Below, one piece after another: positions 1-14,674 of a stretch of DNA of 64,000 nt (its first letter is position 1; each line of letters starts with the position of its first letter). The position numbers and the translations under genes were made by a program. The stretch is from the human T2T-CHM13v2.0 reference genome, Homo sapiens, in assembly GCF_009914755.1 (NCBI RefSeq), contig NC_060926.1; one strand, written 5' to 3'. The notes under the pieces were generated by a model that ran no database searches, was not told where the DNA came from, and saw only the letters and a program-made list of their open reading frames with translations.

Positions 1-1159
1 ACAGAATAATGTGAACAGGTGGAGGATACGTACTACAGAATATTATTCATCATTCGAAGTAATTCTTAAAACCATAATATGGAAAGGGTAAAAAACACAA
101 TGGGATTTATGGTGAAATAACTTTTATGACATTGTCCATATATGGGAGATCAATTGAAGGGCAATAGTATAAAAAGGAATATGCTAACATAACGAGAGAG
201 GGGTCTTGAGGGGACTAATAGTGATGCTGCACCACAAGCCAAGAGAACTCCACACTCTGGCTAAGGAGGAAGAAAGGTGAAGAAAGAACAAAGTGGGGTG
301 GGAGGAAAGGATGGAGAAAGAAAACAGGGAGGAAGATAAAGTACAAACTTAAAAATACAGACCCGTAAATACCTACCATTTTCTAGTTAAGTTAGCCTGG
401 TTATTTTTAAGTTATGATATAATTTGTGCATGAATTAATTTTCTTACTCTCCTAAAACTATGGGGTTCCCAGAACAGCCAAATTTCTGCCACACTGTTGA
501 TCCAAGAGGGGGACTGAGGACCTAACAATAGACTGAGGGCATTCCCCACACAGGCCCTAGGATTCAGTTGCTACGTTTAAGAAGTCTGGGACTTTGAAGC
601 AAGTGTATGAGCAGGGCCCAAAACAATTTGCCCCTGGACTCATTTAAGTGGTAGAATCTCCTAAATCTCTATGTTAAATGGTAGAATCTCTTTGGGTGTA
701 TTACCATGGCCTCATCTTATTACTAAGTAAGACAGTAGTTTTCTAAAACATGCTTTTATTTAAAACCTTGATTCTTAATTCCTTCATTTTGGATTAGTTA
801 GAATGTTGCCAACACTCTTAATATAATAAATTGCAGTCAGTAATCATTATTGCAAGGTTATGCTTTGACAATGAAGATTTTAGATTCCAGAAAATGAGGG
901 ATGTCCTCACGAAGGGATTTCCAGTCTCAGACAAGGGCTGGTGTGGGGCATTTAAAAACAAGGAATAGAGACGGAGGAGCTGCAGAAAGGGGTGGAAATT
1001 TCTTAAGGTGACAATAAGCAAGCAAAGGCAGTAAGGTAAACATTTACAAAGGTGGGAAAGGCCATGAGAAGATAGGGAAAGATAAGCTTTAAGAAATAAC
1101 AACAACAAAAAAAAGTAGAATGGGGAAATGGGAAATTAATAAAATATTTGCTCAAGTAA

Positions 1160-1420
1160 ATGTATTCATTTCATCCAACAACATTTATTGATTGCCTTAT
1201 CTGTGACTGGCTCTATGGGAACACAGCTGTGAATAAAACATTACCTCTCAACAGTCCTGTGTGGAAGACAGGATAAAAAATAATGAAGATTCAAGGTGTT
1301 AAATGTGGTAATAACGGTATAAAAATGCTGTTGAAAGACAATGGAGGGAATAATTCTCACCACAGGGATTATGAAAGGATTCAGAGAGTAGCATTTGACC
1401 TTCATTCCAAAAATGAAGAG
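1160..1420 (-). mobile_element. L2 remnant (3' end)
   Basis: tattcatttcatccaacaacatttattga...gggaacacagctgtgaataaaaca matches the antisense L2 3' terminus. Confidence 0.55.
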
Positions 1421-1694
1421 CAAAGATTATTTTAGGATAATCATTGAGTAAATAATATATTCTTATAATTTATTACTATTTTACAGTTACTAAAGACTGC
1501 TCATTTTAGAATGACCTTTAGCTAATACAGATAATAAAATAATTTTTAAAAATTATTATGGGATAACTTCATTTTCTCTCATTCTTTTGATGAAAATATA
1601 ATTCAGAAAGATGACTTTTTCAGTATATTCTAAGATGTTTGACCAAACGTTTCCCCTAAATTGGCCTAAAAATTACTTCTTTTAAGAATTAGAT

Positions 1695-2440
1695 TATGTT
1701 TATGTAATGGGTTACATTTATTGATTTTCATATGTTAAACCAACCTTGCATCCCAGGGATGAAGCTAACTTCATCATGGTGGATAAGCTTTTTGATGTGC
1801 TGCTGGATTCAGTGTGCCAGTATTTTACTGAGGATTTTTGCATTGATGTTCATCAGAAATATCGATCTAAAGTTCTGTTTTTTTTGGTGTGCCTCTTCCA
1901 GGTTTTGGTATCAGGATGATGCTGGCTTCATAAAATGAGTTAAGGGGGAGTCCTTCCTTTTCAATTGTTTGCAGTAGGTTCAGAAGGAATGGTACCAGCT
2001 CCTCTTTGTAGAATTCAGCTGTGAATCTCTCTGGTCTTGGGCTATTTTGGGTTGGTAGGCTATTAATTGCTGCCTCAATTTCAGAGCTTGTTATTGGTCT
2101 ATTCAGGGATTCGACTTCTTCCTGGTTTAGTCTTGGGAGGGTATATGTGTCCAGGAATTTATCCAATTCTTCTCTCAATAGATGCAGAAAAGTCCTTCAA
2201 TAAAATTCAACATCCCTTCATGTTAAAACTCTCAATAAACTAGGTATTGATGGAACATATCTCAAAATAATAAGAGCTATTTGTGACAAACCCATAGCCA
2301 ATATCATACTGAATGGGCAAAAGCTGGAGGCATTGCCTTTCAAAATTGGCACAGAACAAGGATGCCCTCTCTCACCACTCCTATTCAACATAGTATTGGA
2401 AGTTCTGGTCAGGACAATCAGGCAAGAGAAAGAAATAAAC
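1695..2440. mobile_element. Primate L1 (L1PA/PB) ORF2 fragment, 5' part inverted (1695-2172 on -, 2172-2440 on +), 3' end missing
   Basis: The - arm encodes [26 protein letters not shown]...[14 protein letters not shown] (ORF 1867-2178). The + arm from tcaatagatgcagaaaag continues ORF2 (SIDAEK...RQEKEI). Confidence 0.9.
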
Positions 2441-4634
2441 TACTTACTGAAATGATCATTTGTCTGAGTAACTCAAATATCTATCAGATCCTGTAGTCAA
2501 AATAATTTTCCATGTATACAAAGATTTAGTTTTTATCATTAAAGAAAATAAATAAATAAATGTCCACATAGAAAATAATCACTGACAATAATTAGCATTA
2601 ATGGAGTTGTATTTGGATAGACATTAGTGCAGAAGGAGGAAAGTTCAACCCCTTTCTGAATAGCAGCAGTCATTGGTTCTCTAGTCCTCATCTGTATTTT
2701 ACTGGTTTAAAAACTATTAAATTTTCATCAGCCAAGTTATATGTAAATAACAGCAGTAGGTAATATGCTATATTTTCTCCATGACTGGGGGAAAAACATG
2801 CAGGAGTTCTTGTGAACACAAAGCTGACACAGAACAGAAATTCTAATACGTGCGGGTGGTGTAAGATGTTAGCATCTCCCTTTGTATAACTGAATGTCTG
2901 TTTTCATAAAAGAAAAAAAGGACGTTATGGCAAATGTACAACTCCCTTTGAATTAAAACCTAAATGCTTGAACCTGAACTTTAAAATTTGTGCTCAGAAT
3001 TCCTTTTAGAGCTGGAAGAGTGAGTCCTGAGCTGTCATTTGTTTCCAAATTGCATTTCAGTTTCCCAGAAGACATCGTAAAAAGGAGGGGGAGAAAAACA
3101 ATTTTTCAGAAATTGCAACAGTTTGAATAGATTTGTTTTGCTGTTGTTTAAAACAGAAAGCTCCATGAAAGCTAACACAAGTAACTCTTACAAGGAGGAC
3201 ACTGAGGACTGAAAGTTGCCTGTCAGAAGGTCTGTATCCTCATCCTCGCATAAAATAACTCCTTTAGAAGACAAAAGCATAGCATAAAAATATACATGTT
3301 TGGTGACAAGGATCACGTTTCCTTCTCAACTTTAGTAATAGAGGTTTATTTCCTCGGTGATTTCAAAACTGTCTCAATGTTTTGATATTTTTAAAATATA
3401 TTTGTCATAGATATTTATATATTTATTTTGTTCAATCATGGGGCTTAAGGCTTAGTAAAGGATGAGGAAGGATTTTATTCTTCATTCCATCAAGAATGAG
3501 CTAGATATATGACCTACCCAAAGCAAGTCATTCAAATTTCCAAAATGCTGCATTAGCAGGCTTCTCACAGGTGCAGGTTGATGATCATAGGGCCCTTGGG
3601 GCAAGCGGCAGAAACAACTGGCTGTCACAAGCAAGAAAGGAAATTACCGGTAGAATAAAAAGTCTGCACATTGGTGGGAGGTAGTTCTGGAAAATGTGTG
3701 AGGCCCAAAGGGATTCTGGAAGTTAGGTATTATGAACATTCTCGCCAAGACACTAACATTCCACACAACAGTTGGATGCTCATTACCAGAGCATACCACA
3801 TCTTCATTCAAAACTCTACCATCATGAGCTCTGTCTGCCAAGGGCTGGGGAGAGAGGAATTTTCCCATTGAGCTTCCATAACAGAAGCAGGGTGCTGAAG
3901 GATCCTACCAATACTACACTCAATGTGTTCTTCCTATGACAGAAAGCAGATAAGAAATGTTGAACCAAAACGAAAAGAAAAAAAACAAAAGTTTAAAAAA
4001 ATTCTATGGCTTTGTTGTTCCCTCTTGTCCTCTATGAGATATAAAATATAAAGACAAGAGCAAAATACATAAAAGCCTTCTATTTTAGGCCCGCTTTATT
4101 ATCTTCCAGAGCCCTAATGTGAATGACTGTGATGCATTTGAATTTCTTAGATAAAAGGCGATTTTCAAAACATTTCAGTCAACTAGAATTTCTATAAAAT
4201 CTTAAACATAATATATTTACACATATCTTATAAATGACAACATGATACTAAACTGCTGGATAAAATTTGAAAGAAACAATAAATGAATCAGATATTCTGT
4301 TAGCATGATAGTGATATCTTTGGAAAGAATTATTTGAGTATATCTTATTTTAGAGAAAATATTTGTCATTGAAATAAATATCTGACTCATAGACAAAAAA
4401 GTATAGAAACATGAAAAAGACTAAAAGTATGGAGCATATACACTATGACATATCACATACCAGTCAAATTTGCCTTATAATACCTAAAAAAAAACAAAAA
4501 TCAAGTACAGCTGAAGTCCATTGGAATTCATTGTAAAGGAAATCAACCCATAGAAGTAACTTTCAAACTTCTTTTTTTTCTTTTCCACCAACAGCTCTAT
4601 GACGCTGCTCCAGACACCTAAGTTTGAAAATCTT

Positions 4635-4790
4635 AGCCGAGACCCTCAGTTTTCTCATCTGGTAAATGGGAAAATAATCCCCTCATAGGTTGAGATGAAG
4701 ATTAAATAAAACACCATAAACAAAGCATTTGAAATAACGCCTGACATATTGTTTATCACCCAATAAATGAGAGTAATTATTATTACCTAA
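4635..4790 (+). mobile_element. MIR
   Basis: cctcagttttctcatctggtaaatgggaaaataat...ataggttgagatgaagattaaat MIR core. Confidence 0.7.
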
Positions 4791-6899
4791 GTAAGAAATT
4801 CACATTCAGGGGACTGTAGTCCTTTAAAAACTGCAACATTTTTCACAATTGTTAGACCTTGATTCTTCCTAATTGCTTGTCAAGATGCCCCAGTGAAGAA
4901 AATCATTTTAGAGTTTATGTTATACTATCTTTCTAAGCCATGCCAAAAAGTTCTGGTTATAGGGAACTTCATCAGTTACTTCAAAGTATCTGCCTTAGCC
5001 AGCAATTCTGATCAGTCTCCAAGTTTAACATATTTTGGTTATTTGAATTGTTGAATTCAACATTTTTTAAAAGAAATTGGACCTGATCTTCACCTGGCAT
5101 TATTTATTATTCCAAATTATTTGACTGTCATCCAGTTTTAAGACCTCATCTGTAAAAAGTACTGGCAAGCAGGGAAAAAATACATGAAACTATTGCTAGT
5201 TATAATAATATGCTTTCTCTTTTCCTGAGCTCTTTTCCCCATCCCCTAAGGCATAATTTCCAAGTTATGTGGGACACAACATCAGTCTGATGATTGCCTA
5301 CTCAGTGTTATCAAATAGTTTTCCGGAGAGATAGAATAATACTTTTATAATAACATGACAAAATGAAAGTAAATAGATTTAAGGATGCATTTGTCATGAA
5401 AAATAAAATACCTCATTACCTGAACCCATACCAAATGATCCTGGTTATTAAAGTCAAATATAAAACGATCTGTGAACATTAGTAGCCTCTTGTGATCGTT
5501 GCCAGCCGAAGTTCTAAAATTATTGTACTTTCCTCTCCAACACTCTGAAGCCCACCTCCTGCTTATTTTTAGCCTTATTCTGCATGCTCAATCTGTAAGG
5601 ATTTCAGCTATGTCTACAATAATCTTATGATAAATATGTTTAAATCAAAACAATATTAATTGGTGCCCCTAGACTTGAAAAACATCTATAAGTAGTTTTA
5701 TCTTTGTATAAATAAAATAAAATTGCAGAATCATAGAACGTAGAGTTGAATGGGAACTTGAAAATATTCTAGCTCAACCTCCTACCTAAAGCTGGAAACT
5801 TCTGTACAGAGCACTCACAATTTGCAATATAATTCACTCCATTTCTAAATATCTTTGCTTTTAAAATTGTTCGGGTTTAACTAGGTTCAATCTGGACCTT
5901 AGCTTCTTGAAACTTCTGGATCTGCCCTGTATCTGCTTCACAGAATACCTCTAATCCTTTCTTACATGACACTCTAAAAAAATATGAGGACAGTAATTAT
6001 ACCATTCCTCTCTCTCCCAAATATGTTTGAAATACAGACAAATCTCATTTTATTGTGTTTCAGTTTATTGTATTTTGCCTTATTATGCTTTGCAGATAGT
6101 GTGTTTTTTTTACAAATAGAAGGTTTGTGGCAACCCCGCATTGAGTAAGTTTATCAGTGTCGTTTTTCCAACAGCATGTGCTCACTTTCTGTGTCTGTGT
6201 CACAGTATGTTAATCTTAGCAATATTTCAGTCTTTTTCTTTATTATTATAACTTATGGTGATATGTGATCAGTGATTTATGCTGTTACTATTTTAATTGT
6301 TTTGGGGTGCCACAAACCTTGCCCATATAAGATGGTGAACTTAATTAATAACGTTGTGTGTGTCCTGATTGCTCCAACCTGTCGCTTCTTCATTTCTCTC
6401 CCTCTCCTCAGGCCTCCTATTCCTTGAGACACAGCAATATTGAAATTAGGCCAGTCAATAACCCCACAATGGCCTCTAAGTGTTCAAGAGAAAGGAAGAG
6501 TCTCATGTCTCTCACTTTAAATCAAAAGCTAGAAATGATCATGCTTAGTGAGGAAGGCATGTCAAAGCCAAGATAGGCTAAAAGCTAGGCCTCTTGTGCC
6601 AAATAGTTGGCCAAGTTGTGAACGCAAAGGAAAAGTTCTTGAAGGAAATTAATTGTGCTACTTCAGTGAACACATGAATGATAAGAAAGTGAAACAGCCA
6701 TATTGCTGATCGGGAGAAAGTTTAGTGGTCTGGATAGAAGATCTAACCAGCCACAACATGCCCATAAGCCAATCCCTAATCCAGAGCAAGGCCCTAACTC
6801 CCTTTAATTCTTTTAAGGCTGAGAGAGGGAGGAAGCTGCAGGAAAAAAGTTTGAAGCTAGTAGAGGTTGGTTCATAAGATTTTTTTAAAAAAAGAAGCT

Positions 6900-7140
6900 A
6901 TATACAATTAGTTCAGTCACTGTGAAAGCGGTTTGGAGATTTTTCAAAGGACTTAAAATACAACTACCATTTGACCCAGTAATCCCATTACTGGGTATAT
7001 ATCCAAAAAAATCAAATTGTTCTGCCAGAAAGACATATGCACTCACATGTTCATCGCAGTACTATTCACAATAGCAAAGACATGAAATCAAACTAGATGC
7101 TCACCAGTGGTGGACTGGATAAAGAAAATGTGGTAAATAG
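6900..7140 (+). mobile_element. L1 (L1PB/old L1PA) ORF2 C-terminal fragment inside Tigger1
   Basis: ccatttgacccagtaatcccattactgggtatatatcc...ggataaagaaaatgtggta. Confidence 0.85.
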
Positions 7141-7149
7141 CCGTAGGTA

Positions 7150-8185
7150 AATTGCTTCATAATATTAGTACATATTTATGGAACACATGTAATATTTTGT
7201 TACACAAACAGAATGTGTAATGATCAAGTCAGGGTATTTAGAATATCCATCATCTCAAATATTTATCATTTCTAAGTGTTGGGAACATTTCAAGTCCTGT
7301 CTACAAGCCATTTTGAAATGTATGATACATTGTTGTTAACTATAATCACGCTACTCTACTATTAAACATTAGAACTTATTTATTCTGTCTAACCGTACGT
7401 TTGTACCCATTGACCAATCTTTCTTCATGCCTCCTTCCACACACACACCCTTCCCAGCCTCTGGTACCCATCATTCTATTGTCTACCTCTATTAGATAAA
7501 CTTTTTTAGCTCTCACATGTGAGTGAGAACAGGCAATATTTGTCTTTCAGTGTCTGGCTTATTTCCGTTAACACGATGAACTCCAGTTCCATCCATGTTG
7601 CTGCAAATTACATGATTTTGTTCATTTCTTATAGCTGAGTAGTATTCTATTGTGTATATATACCACATTTTCTTTATTCATTTATTTATTAACACTAAAG
7701 TTGATTCCATATCTTTGCTATTGTGGATGGTGCTGTAATAAACATGGGACTGCATGTATCCCTGTGATATACTGATTTATTTTCCTTTGGATAAATACGC
7801 AATAGTGGGATTGCTGAATCATATGATGGTTCTATTTTTTGGTTTTTGAGAAATCTCCACACTATTTTCCATCGTGACTGTACTAGTTTATATTCCCACC
7901 AACAGTGGGTTGGTGAGTTCCCATTTCTCTGCATCCTCAGTAGCATGTTATATTTTGTCTTATATTTGTCTTCTTAACCATAGCCATTCTAATGGAGGTA
8001 AAGTGATATCTGATCGTGATTTTGATCTTGCATTTCCCTGGTGATTATTGATGTTGAGCGTGTTTTCATACATCTGTTGGTCATTTGTATGTCTTCTTTT
8101 GGGAAGTATCTATTCATGTCCTTTGCCAAATTTTTAAGGGGGTTATTTGTTTTGTTTTTTTACTGTTGAGTTTTTTGAGTTCCTT
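7150..8185 (-). mobile_element. L1MA (L1MA3/4-like) 3' end inside Tigger1
   Basis: L1MA-type 3'UTR (gtcagggtatttagaatatccatc...gggaacatttcaagtcc); ORF 7695-7946 HCWWEYKLVQ...IAKIWNQ. Confidence 0.85.
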
Positions 8186-8282
8186 AAACAACAGATTTTC
8201 AATGCAGACAAAATAGTTTTATATTGGAAGAAGATGCCAACTAAGATTTGCATAGCTAGAGAGAAGTTAATGCCTGGCTTCA

Positions 8283-8569
<287 letters not shown>

Positions 8570-9706
8570 TTATGCTAAATCTACTCTGCCTGTGCTCTGT
8601 ATATGGGAAAACAAAGCCTGGATGATAGCACATCTATTTACAGCATGCTTTACTAAATATTTTATACCCACTGTTGAGATCTACTGCTCAGAAAAAAAGA
8701 TCCTTTCAAAATATTACTGCTCATTGACAATGTAGCTAGTCACACAAGAACTCTGATGAAGATGTATAAGGAGATTAACATTGTTTTTATGACTGGTAAT
8801 GCAACATCCATTCTGTAGCTCATGGATCAAGGAGTAATTTTGACTTTTAAGTCTTACTATTTAAGAAGTACATTCTGTAAGGCTATAGCTCTCATAGCTC
8901 TTGTACATAGTGATTGTTCTGACAGATCTGAGCAAAGTATATTGAAAACCTTCTGGAAAGGATTCACCATTTTGGATGCCATTAAGAATATTTGTGATTC
9001 ATGGGCAGAGGTCAAAATATCAATAGTAACAGATGTTTGGAAGAAGTTGATGACATTCAGGGGTTCAAGACTTCAGTGAAGAAAGGAACTGCAGATTTGG
9101 TAGAAATAGTAAGTGAATTAGAAGTGGAACCTGAAGATGTGAATTGCTGCAATTTTATAAGAGTTGAACTAATGAGGAGTCGCTTCTTATGGATGAGCAA
9201 ACAAAGTGGTTTCCTGAGATGGAATCTACTCCTGGTGAAGGTGCTCTGAACATTGCTGAAACGACAACGAAAAGTTGAAAATAATCCATAAATGTAGTTG
9301 AGAAAGTAGCAGCAGGGTTTGAGAGGATTGACTCCAATACTGAAAGTTCTACTGTGGGTAAAATGCTACCAAACAACATTGTATACTACAGATAAATCTT
9401 TTATAAAAGGAAGAGTCCATTGATGCAGCAAACTTCATTGATTTCTTATTTAAGAAACTGTCACAGCCACCCCAACCTTCAGCAACCACCACCTTGATCA
9501 GTCAGCAGCCATCAACATTTCGGCAAGATCCTTCTCCAGCAAAATGATTACAACTCACTGAAAGCTTAGATGATTGTTAGCATTTTTTAGCAATAAGATG
9601 TTTTAAGATTAAGGTATGTACTTTTTTTAGACATAATGTTATTGCACACTTAATACTCTACAGTATAATGGAGTGCACTGGGAAGGCAAACAATTTATGT
9701 GACCTA

Positions 9707-10122
<416 letters not shown>

Positions 10123-10326
10123 CGGAAAGAAATGAGATTCAGTCTGCACCTCTAAGTTTCCACTTCTACAGCTAAACATTTTCAGCTCAAATTTTGGTGG
10201 GTGATTCATTCAGAATTAAGGAGTTATCCTTGGCCTCTCGTTTAAGAAATAGAGGTATGAAAATAAAATCTGTTGGGGCTAACTTTATCTCTCTTTTATA
10301 CTCAGGATTTAGCAATGCTCGGGCCT

Positions 10327-10734
10327 ATATTGGGTTGAATGGTGGCCTCCAAAACAATATGTCTACATCCTGACCCCTAGAATCTGTGAATGTGACATTC
10401 ATTGGAAAAAAATAGTCTTTGTGGATGTAATTGAGAGTATCGAGTTGAAATCAGCCAGATTTAAGGTATGCCCTCAATCCAATAGTAAGTAACCTTACCA
10501 GAGACACATGAGGAAAAGAGTAGAAGACACAGAGAAGGCCATATGAAGACAGAGGCATAAATTGGAGTTATGATGCCACAAACCAAGGAACACATGGAGC
10601 CACCAAAGGCTAGAAGAGGCAAAAAATGGTATTTTCATAGAACTTTCAGAGGGAATGTAGTTTTATTTTGGACTTTGGAGCTCCAGAGCTGTGAGAGTGA
10701 TGATTTAATATGGCAGTCCTAGGAAACTGATACA
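10327..10734 (+). mobile_element. MLT1 (B/C-like) MaLR solo LTR
   Basis: tattgggttgaatggtggcctccaaaa...ggcagtcctaggaaactgataca. Confidence 0.8.
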
Positions 10735-10873
10735 GAGCTCTCTAACATACTGAATTCCCAACTCTAGTAAGCAGAGCAGCTTCCACGTGGTAACCTGCTC
10801 TCCCTTTGTCTCAGAGTGACTTTACCTTCATCTTTCCCTGATTTGCATTCAGCATTGACATATTCATGACAGG

Positions 10874-11169
10874 TTCTTTCTTTGGACAGGCTCTCACTCT
10901 GTAATCCAGGCAAAAGTGCAGTGGTACAATCATAGCTCACTGCAGTCTTGAATTCCTGAGCTCAAGTGATCCTTCTAACTCAGCCTCCTAAGTAGCTGGT
11001 ACTACTGGTGTGTGCCACTATGCCTGACTAATTTTTTTAAAAAAATTTTTGTAGACACAGGGTTTTACTATGTTGCCCAGGCTGATCTCAAACTCCTGGC
11101 CTCAAGCAATCCTCCCCCCTTGGCCTCCCAAAGTGCTGAGATTACAGGTGTGAACCACTGGGCCCAGTC
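10874..11169 (-). mobile_element. AluJ
   Basis: Diverged antisense Alu with J-type features (atcatagctcactgcagtcttgaattcctgagctcaag). Confidence 0.9.
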
Positions 11170-11547
11170 TTCAATCTCATTTTTAATTCTTACTATGAGG
11201 GAAGATCCAAGAGATTACCTTGGACTCCAGATGCTGACTAAAGATCAGATAGATCTGGAAAATCACAGGTGCAAGCTCTTTCTGCCATAAAATGCTAAAC
11301 ACTCATGAACTAAAAATACCATGAGAAATCAAAGTTAAAACAGGAGTAAATGTCACATTGAAGGTTCACTTCTTCCATCTCTCTTTATTATACTCCTCCT
11401 ACTAGTCATGAAATACAGGTTCTTAGAGAGGGAAATTGTGAAATTGTGCAAAGGAGAAAAGAATGTGTACCGACAGATACACTCACAAACACAATTTTAT
11501 ATACAATTTTATGGGTCAATCATGTTGCCTCTAAAGGGACTATAGCC

Positions 11548-12011
11548 CTGTATTAGCTTGCTAGGTCTACCATAACTAAGTACCACAAACTGGGTGACTT
11601 TAACAACAGAAATATATTGTCTCACAGTTCTGGACATTATAAATCCAAGACCAAGTTGTCAGTACGGTTGGTTCCTTAAAAGCTGTGAGAGTGAATCTGT
11701 TCCATGCCTTTCCCCTAGCTTCCGATAGTTAGGTAGCAATCCTCAGCATTCCTTGACATGTAGAAGCATCACTCCAATCTCTACCTTCAGCGCTTCACAT
11801 GAAATTCTCCTTATGTCTGTCTCCAAATGTTCCCTTCTTCTAGGATTGCCAGTCAAAATGGATTAGAGGTCCATCCTGCTTCAATATGACCTCATCTTAT
11901 CTAACTATATCTATAATGACCCTATTTCTAAATGAGGTCACATTATGAACTACTAGAAGTTAGGAATTTAACATATGATTTTTGAAGGGAGATGCAATTC
12001 AACCCTTAACA
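11548..12011 (-). mobile_element. MLT1 (A-C-like) MaLR solo LTR
   Basis: tgtattagcttgctagg...gtaccacaaactgggtgac...aattcaacccttaaca. Confidence 0.8.
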
Positions 12012-12289
12012 GCCCACAAAATTAGTTGCCCTTGTGTTATTCACTATGTGTTTGAAATTGTGCTTGTTGTCACATGAAGTAGAAAAATATGTCATGATTT
12101 TTACTGTCAATGAATTTTCTTTACTGGACACATGAAACAATTTTTTTAAAAATTAAGATTATTTAATTTGTTTGATAAGAACTTTAGGTACTAAAAGTAT
12201 CCTGATAAGGAGAAAACATGTGTTGTGCTTTCTTTTTAATGTCATAGATAGACATTAGAAATGTTAATTCAAATAGACACTAGAGAAAG

Positions 12290-12770
12290 GAGGGTCTGAA
12301 ATAGGCATTTGTGCACCCATGTTCATAGCAGCACTGTTAACAATAGTCAAGAGGTAGAAGTAACCCAAATGTTCATCAACATGAACAGATAAGCAAAATG
12401 TGATATACAAATATGACGGAATATTATTCAGTCTTGAAAAGGAAGAAAATCCCTTAAATTCTACAATCTTGAGAACATTATGCTAAGGTAATTAAGCCAG
12501 TCACAAAAAGACAAATACTGTATGATACCACTTATATGGAGTATCTAAAGTAGTCAAATTCACAGAAATAGGAAATAGAGTGGTGGTTACCAAAGGATGC
12601 AGGGAGAGGGAAAAAGAGTTCTTTAATATGCATAGACCTCCAGTTTTGTAAGATAAAAAGTTCTGCAGATCTCTTTCCCAAGAATGTGAATATACTGAAC
12701 ATTACTGAATTGCATTTTAAAATGGTGAAGATTGAAAATTTTGTTATGCTTTGTACCAAAGTAATAAATA
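12290..12770 (+). mobile_element. L1MB 3' end
   Basis: cccatgttcatagcagca...agccagtcacaaaaagacaaatactgtatgataccacttatatg. Confidence 0.8.
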
Positions 12771-12789
12771 AATAGTAAAATAACTGAAG

Positions 12790-14225
12790 CAAATAACTGA
12801 ATAGATGTGATTTAAGAAGAGATTAGACATAGCTAAAGAAAAAGTTAGTGAATGGGAATATAAGACAATACTCTAAAGTATGAGAAGAAAATAATAGAAA
12901 ATAGAGAAAAGCAAAAACAAGCACAAAGTATAGAAGAATTAAATCTGACACGTGTGTTATTGGGATGGTAGAAGGAAGGAGGAGAGTTTCAGAGCAAGTA
13001 TTTAAGGTTTTCAAAATGACAATGACATGCCATGCTTTCAAGGAGGCTAACAAACAAGAAAACCATAAGTAGGACCAGTAGAAGAATTCTGTCACAGTCC
13101 AAAGACAAGATCTTAGAGCCTAACAGAGAAAAAAGAGAGGGCTTTCAAAAGAGTAACACTCACACCAAGGACCAACTTCACAATAAAAACAGTGGAAACT
13201 AGAAGATTAAGTGCTCATAAAAAATACACTGCTAAACTGGAATTTGGTATCACTAAAAACTGAAAAGGAAAGTGCAGATTAAATAACAGAAAATATAAAT
13301 TAGAAGGAAAATTATAGTCATGATAGAATACATGTGATTGCATGCAAATCATATAGCTATATAATGAGTCATTGAAACCAAAAGTTTTATGCAGAAAGCA
13401 TGTCAACTCAGAACTATATAATAATCATGGGTCTAATAATTAGGAAATGTATGTTGATAAGGAAAAACATTTCATTGATACCAAATAATTTTCTCACTCT
13501 TTAACTGGGAAAACTTTTTTTCTCATTAGAGTGACGAAAAGTTAATATTCATTAAGGACATAAAATATAACGTAAGATCGAGCAAATATTCAAGGCTGGA
13601 GGCAACTGAAGAAAAAACACGTCCAACTTCAGGATGGGTCCTAGATCAGAAAAAGGATATTAAAAACTAGTGCATTTAAAAATTCATTAATTAAAATAAT
13701 AAAAATTTTAAAATAAATAATAAAAATAAAATTAAAAGTCGGTAATTTGGCCAGGCACAGTGGCTCATGCCTGTACTCCTAGCACTTTGGGAGGCCGATG
13801 TGGACAGATTTCCTGAGCTCAGGAGTTCGAGACCAGCCTGGGCCACATGGTGAAACCCCGTCTCTACTGAAACATAAAAAATTAGCTGGGTATGGTGGCA
13901 TGCACCTGTAGTCCCAGCTACTCAGGAGGCTGAGGTGGGAGAATTGCTTGAACCAGGAGGCGGAGGTTGCAGTGAGCGGAGATCGCACTACTGCACTCCA
14001 GCCTGGGTGACAGAGTGAAACTCCGTCTCCATTTAAAAAAAAAAAAAAAAGTCTGTAATTTAGTTAATATAGTGCCAAAGTTACTTTCCTGTTCTTTATA
14101 ATTGTACTGTGATAAGGTAAGATGTTAACGTTAGAGGAAGCATGGATTAGAATTACAAACACCTTCTTTGATCTGTTTTTGCACCTTTTCTATAAATCTA
14201 AAATGTATTCATAATAATAATTTTA
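12790..14225 (+). mobile_element. Old L1M fragments (ORF1-like part and L1MC/MD-like 3'UTR), interrupted by an Alu
   Basis: Degenerate A-rich L1 sequence; ggatgggtcctagatcagaaaaaggatatt...gtaagatgttaac 3'UTR motif. Confidence 0.55.
13749..14050 (+). mobile_element. AluS
   Basis: Full Alu; TSD aaaagtc(g/t)gtaattt. Confidence 0.95.
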
Positions 14226-14332
14226 AAATAGGCATTAGGAAATGTACTTCCAGCACAGCATAGACAGCTTTGTTCAAATCCTAGAGTCATCACTTACTAG
14301 CTGTATGATTTTGAAAAAGTTACTTAACCTCA

Positions 14333-14674
<342 letters not shown>

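Noticed and set aside
649-690. tggtagaatctc repeated at 30-bp spacing
   Set aside because: A 12-bp two-copy repeat; an ordinary micro-duplication
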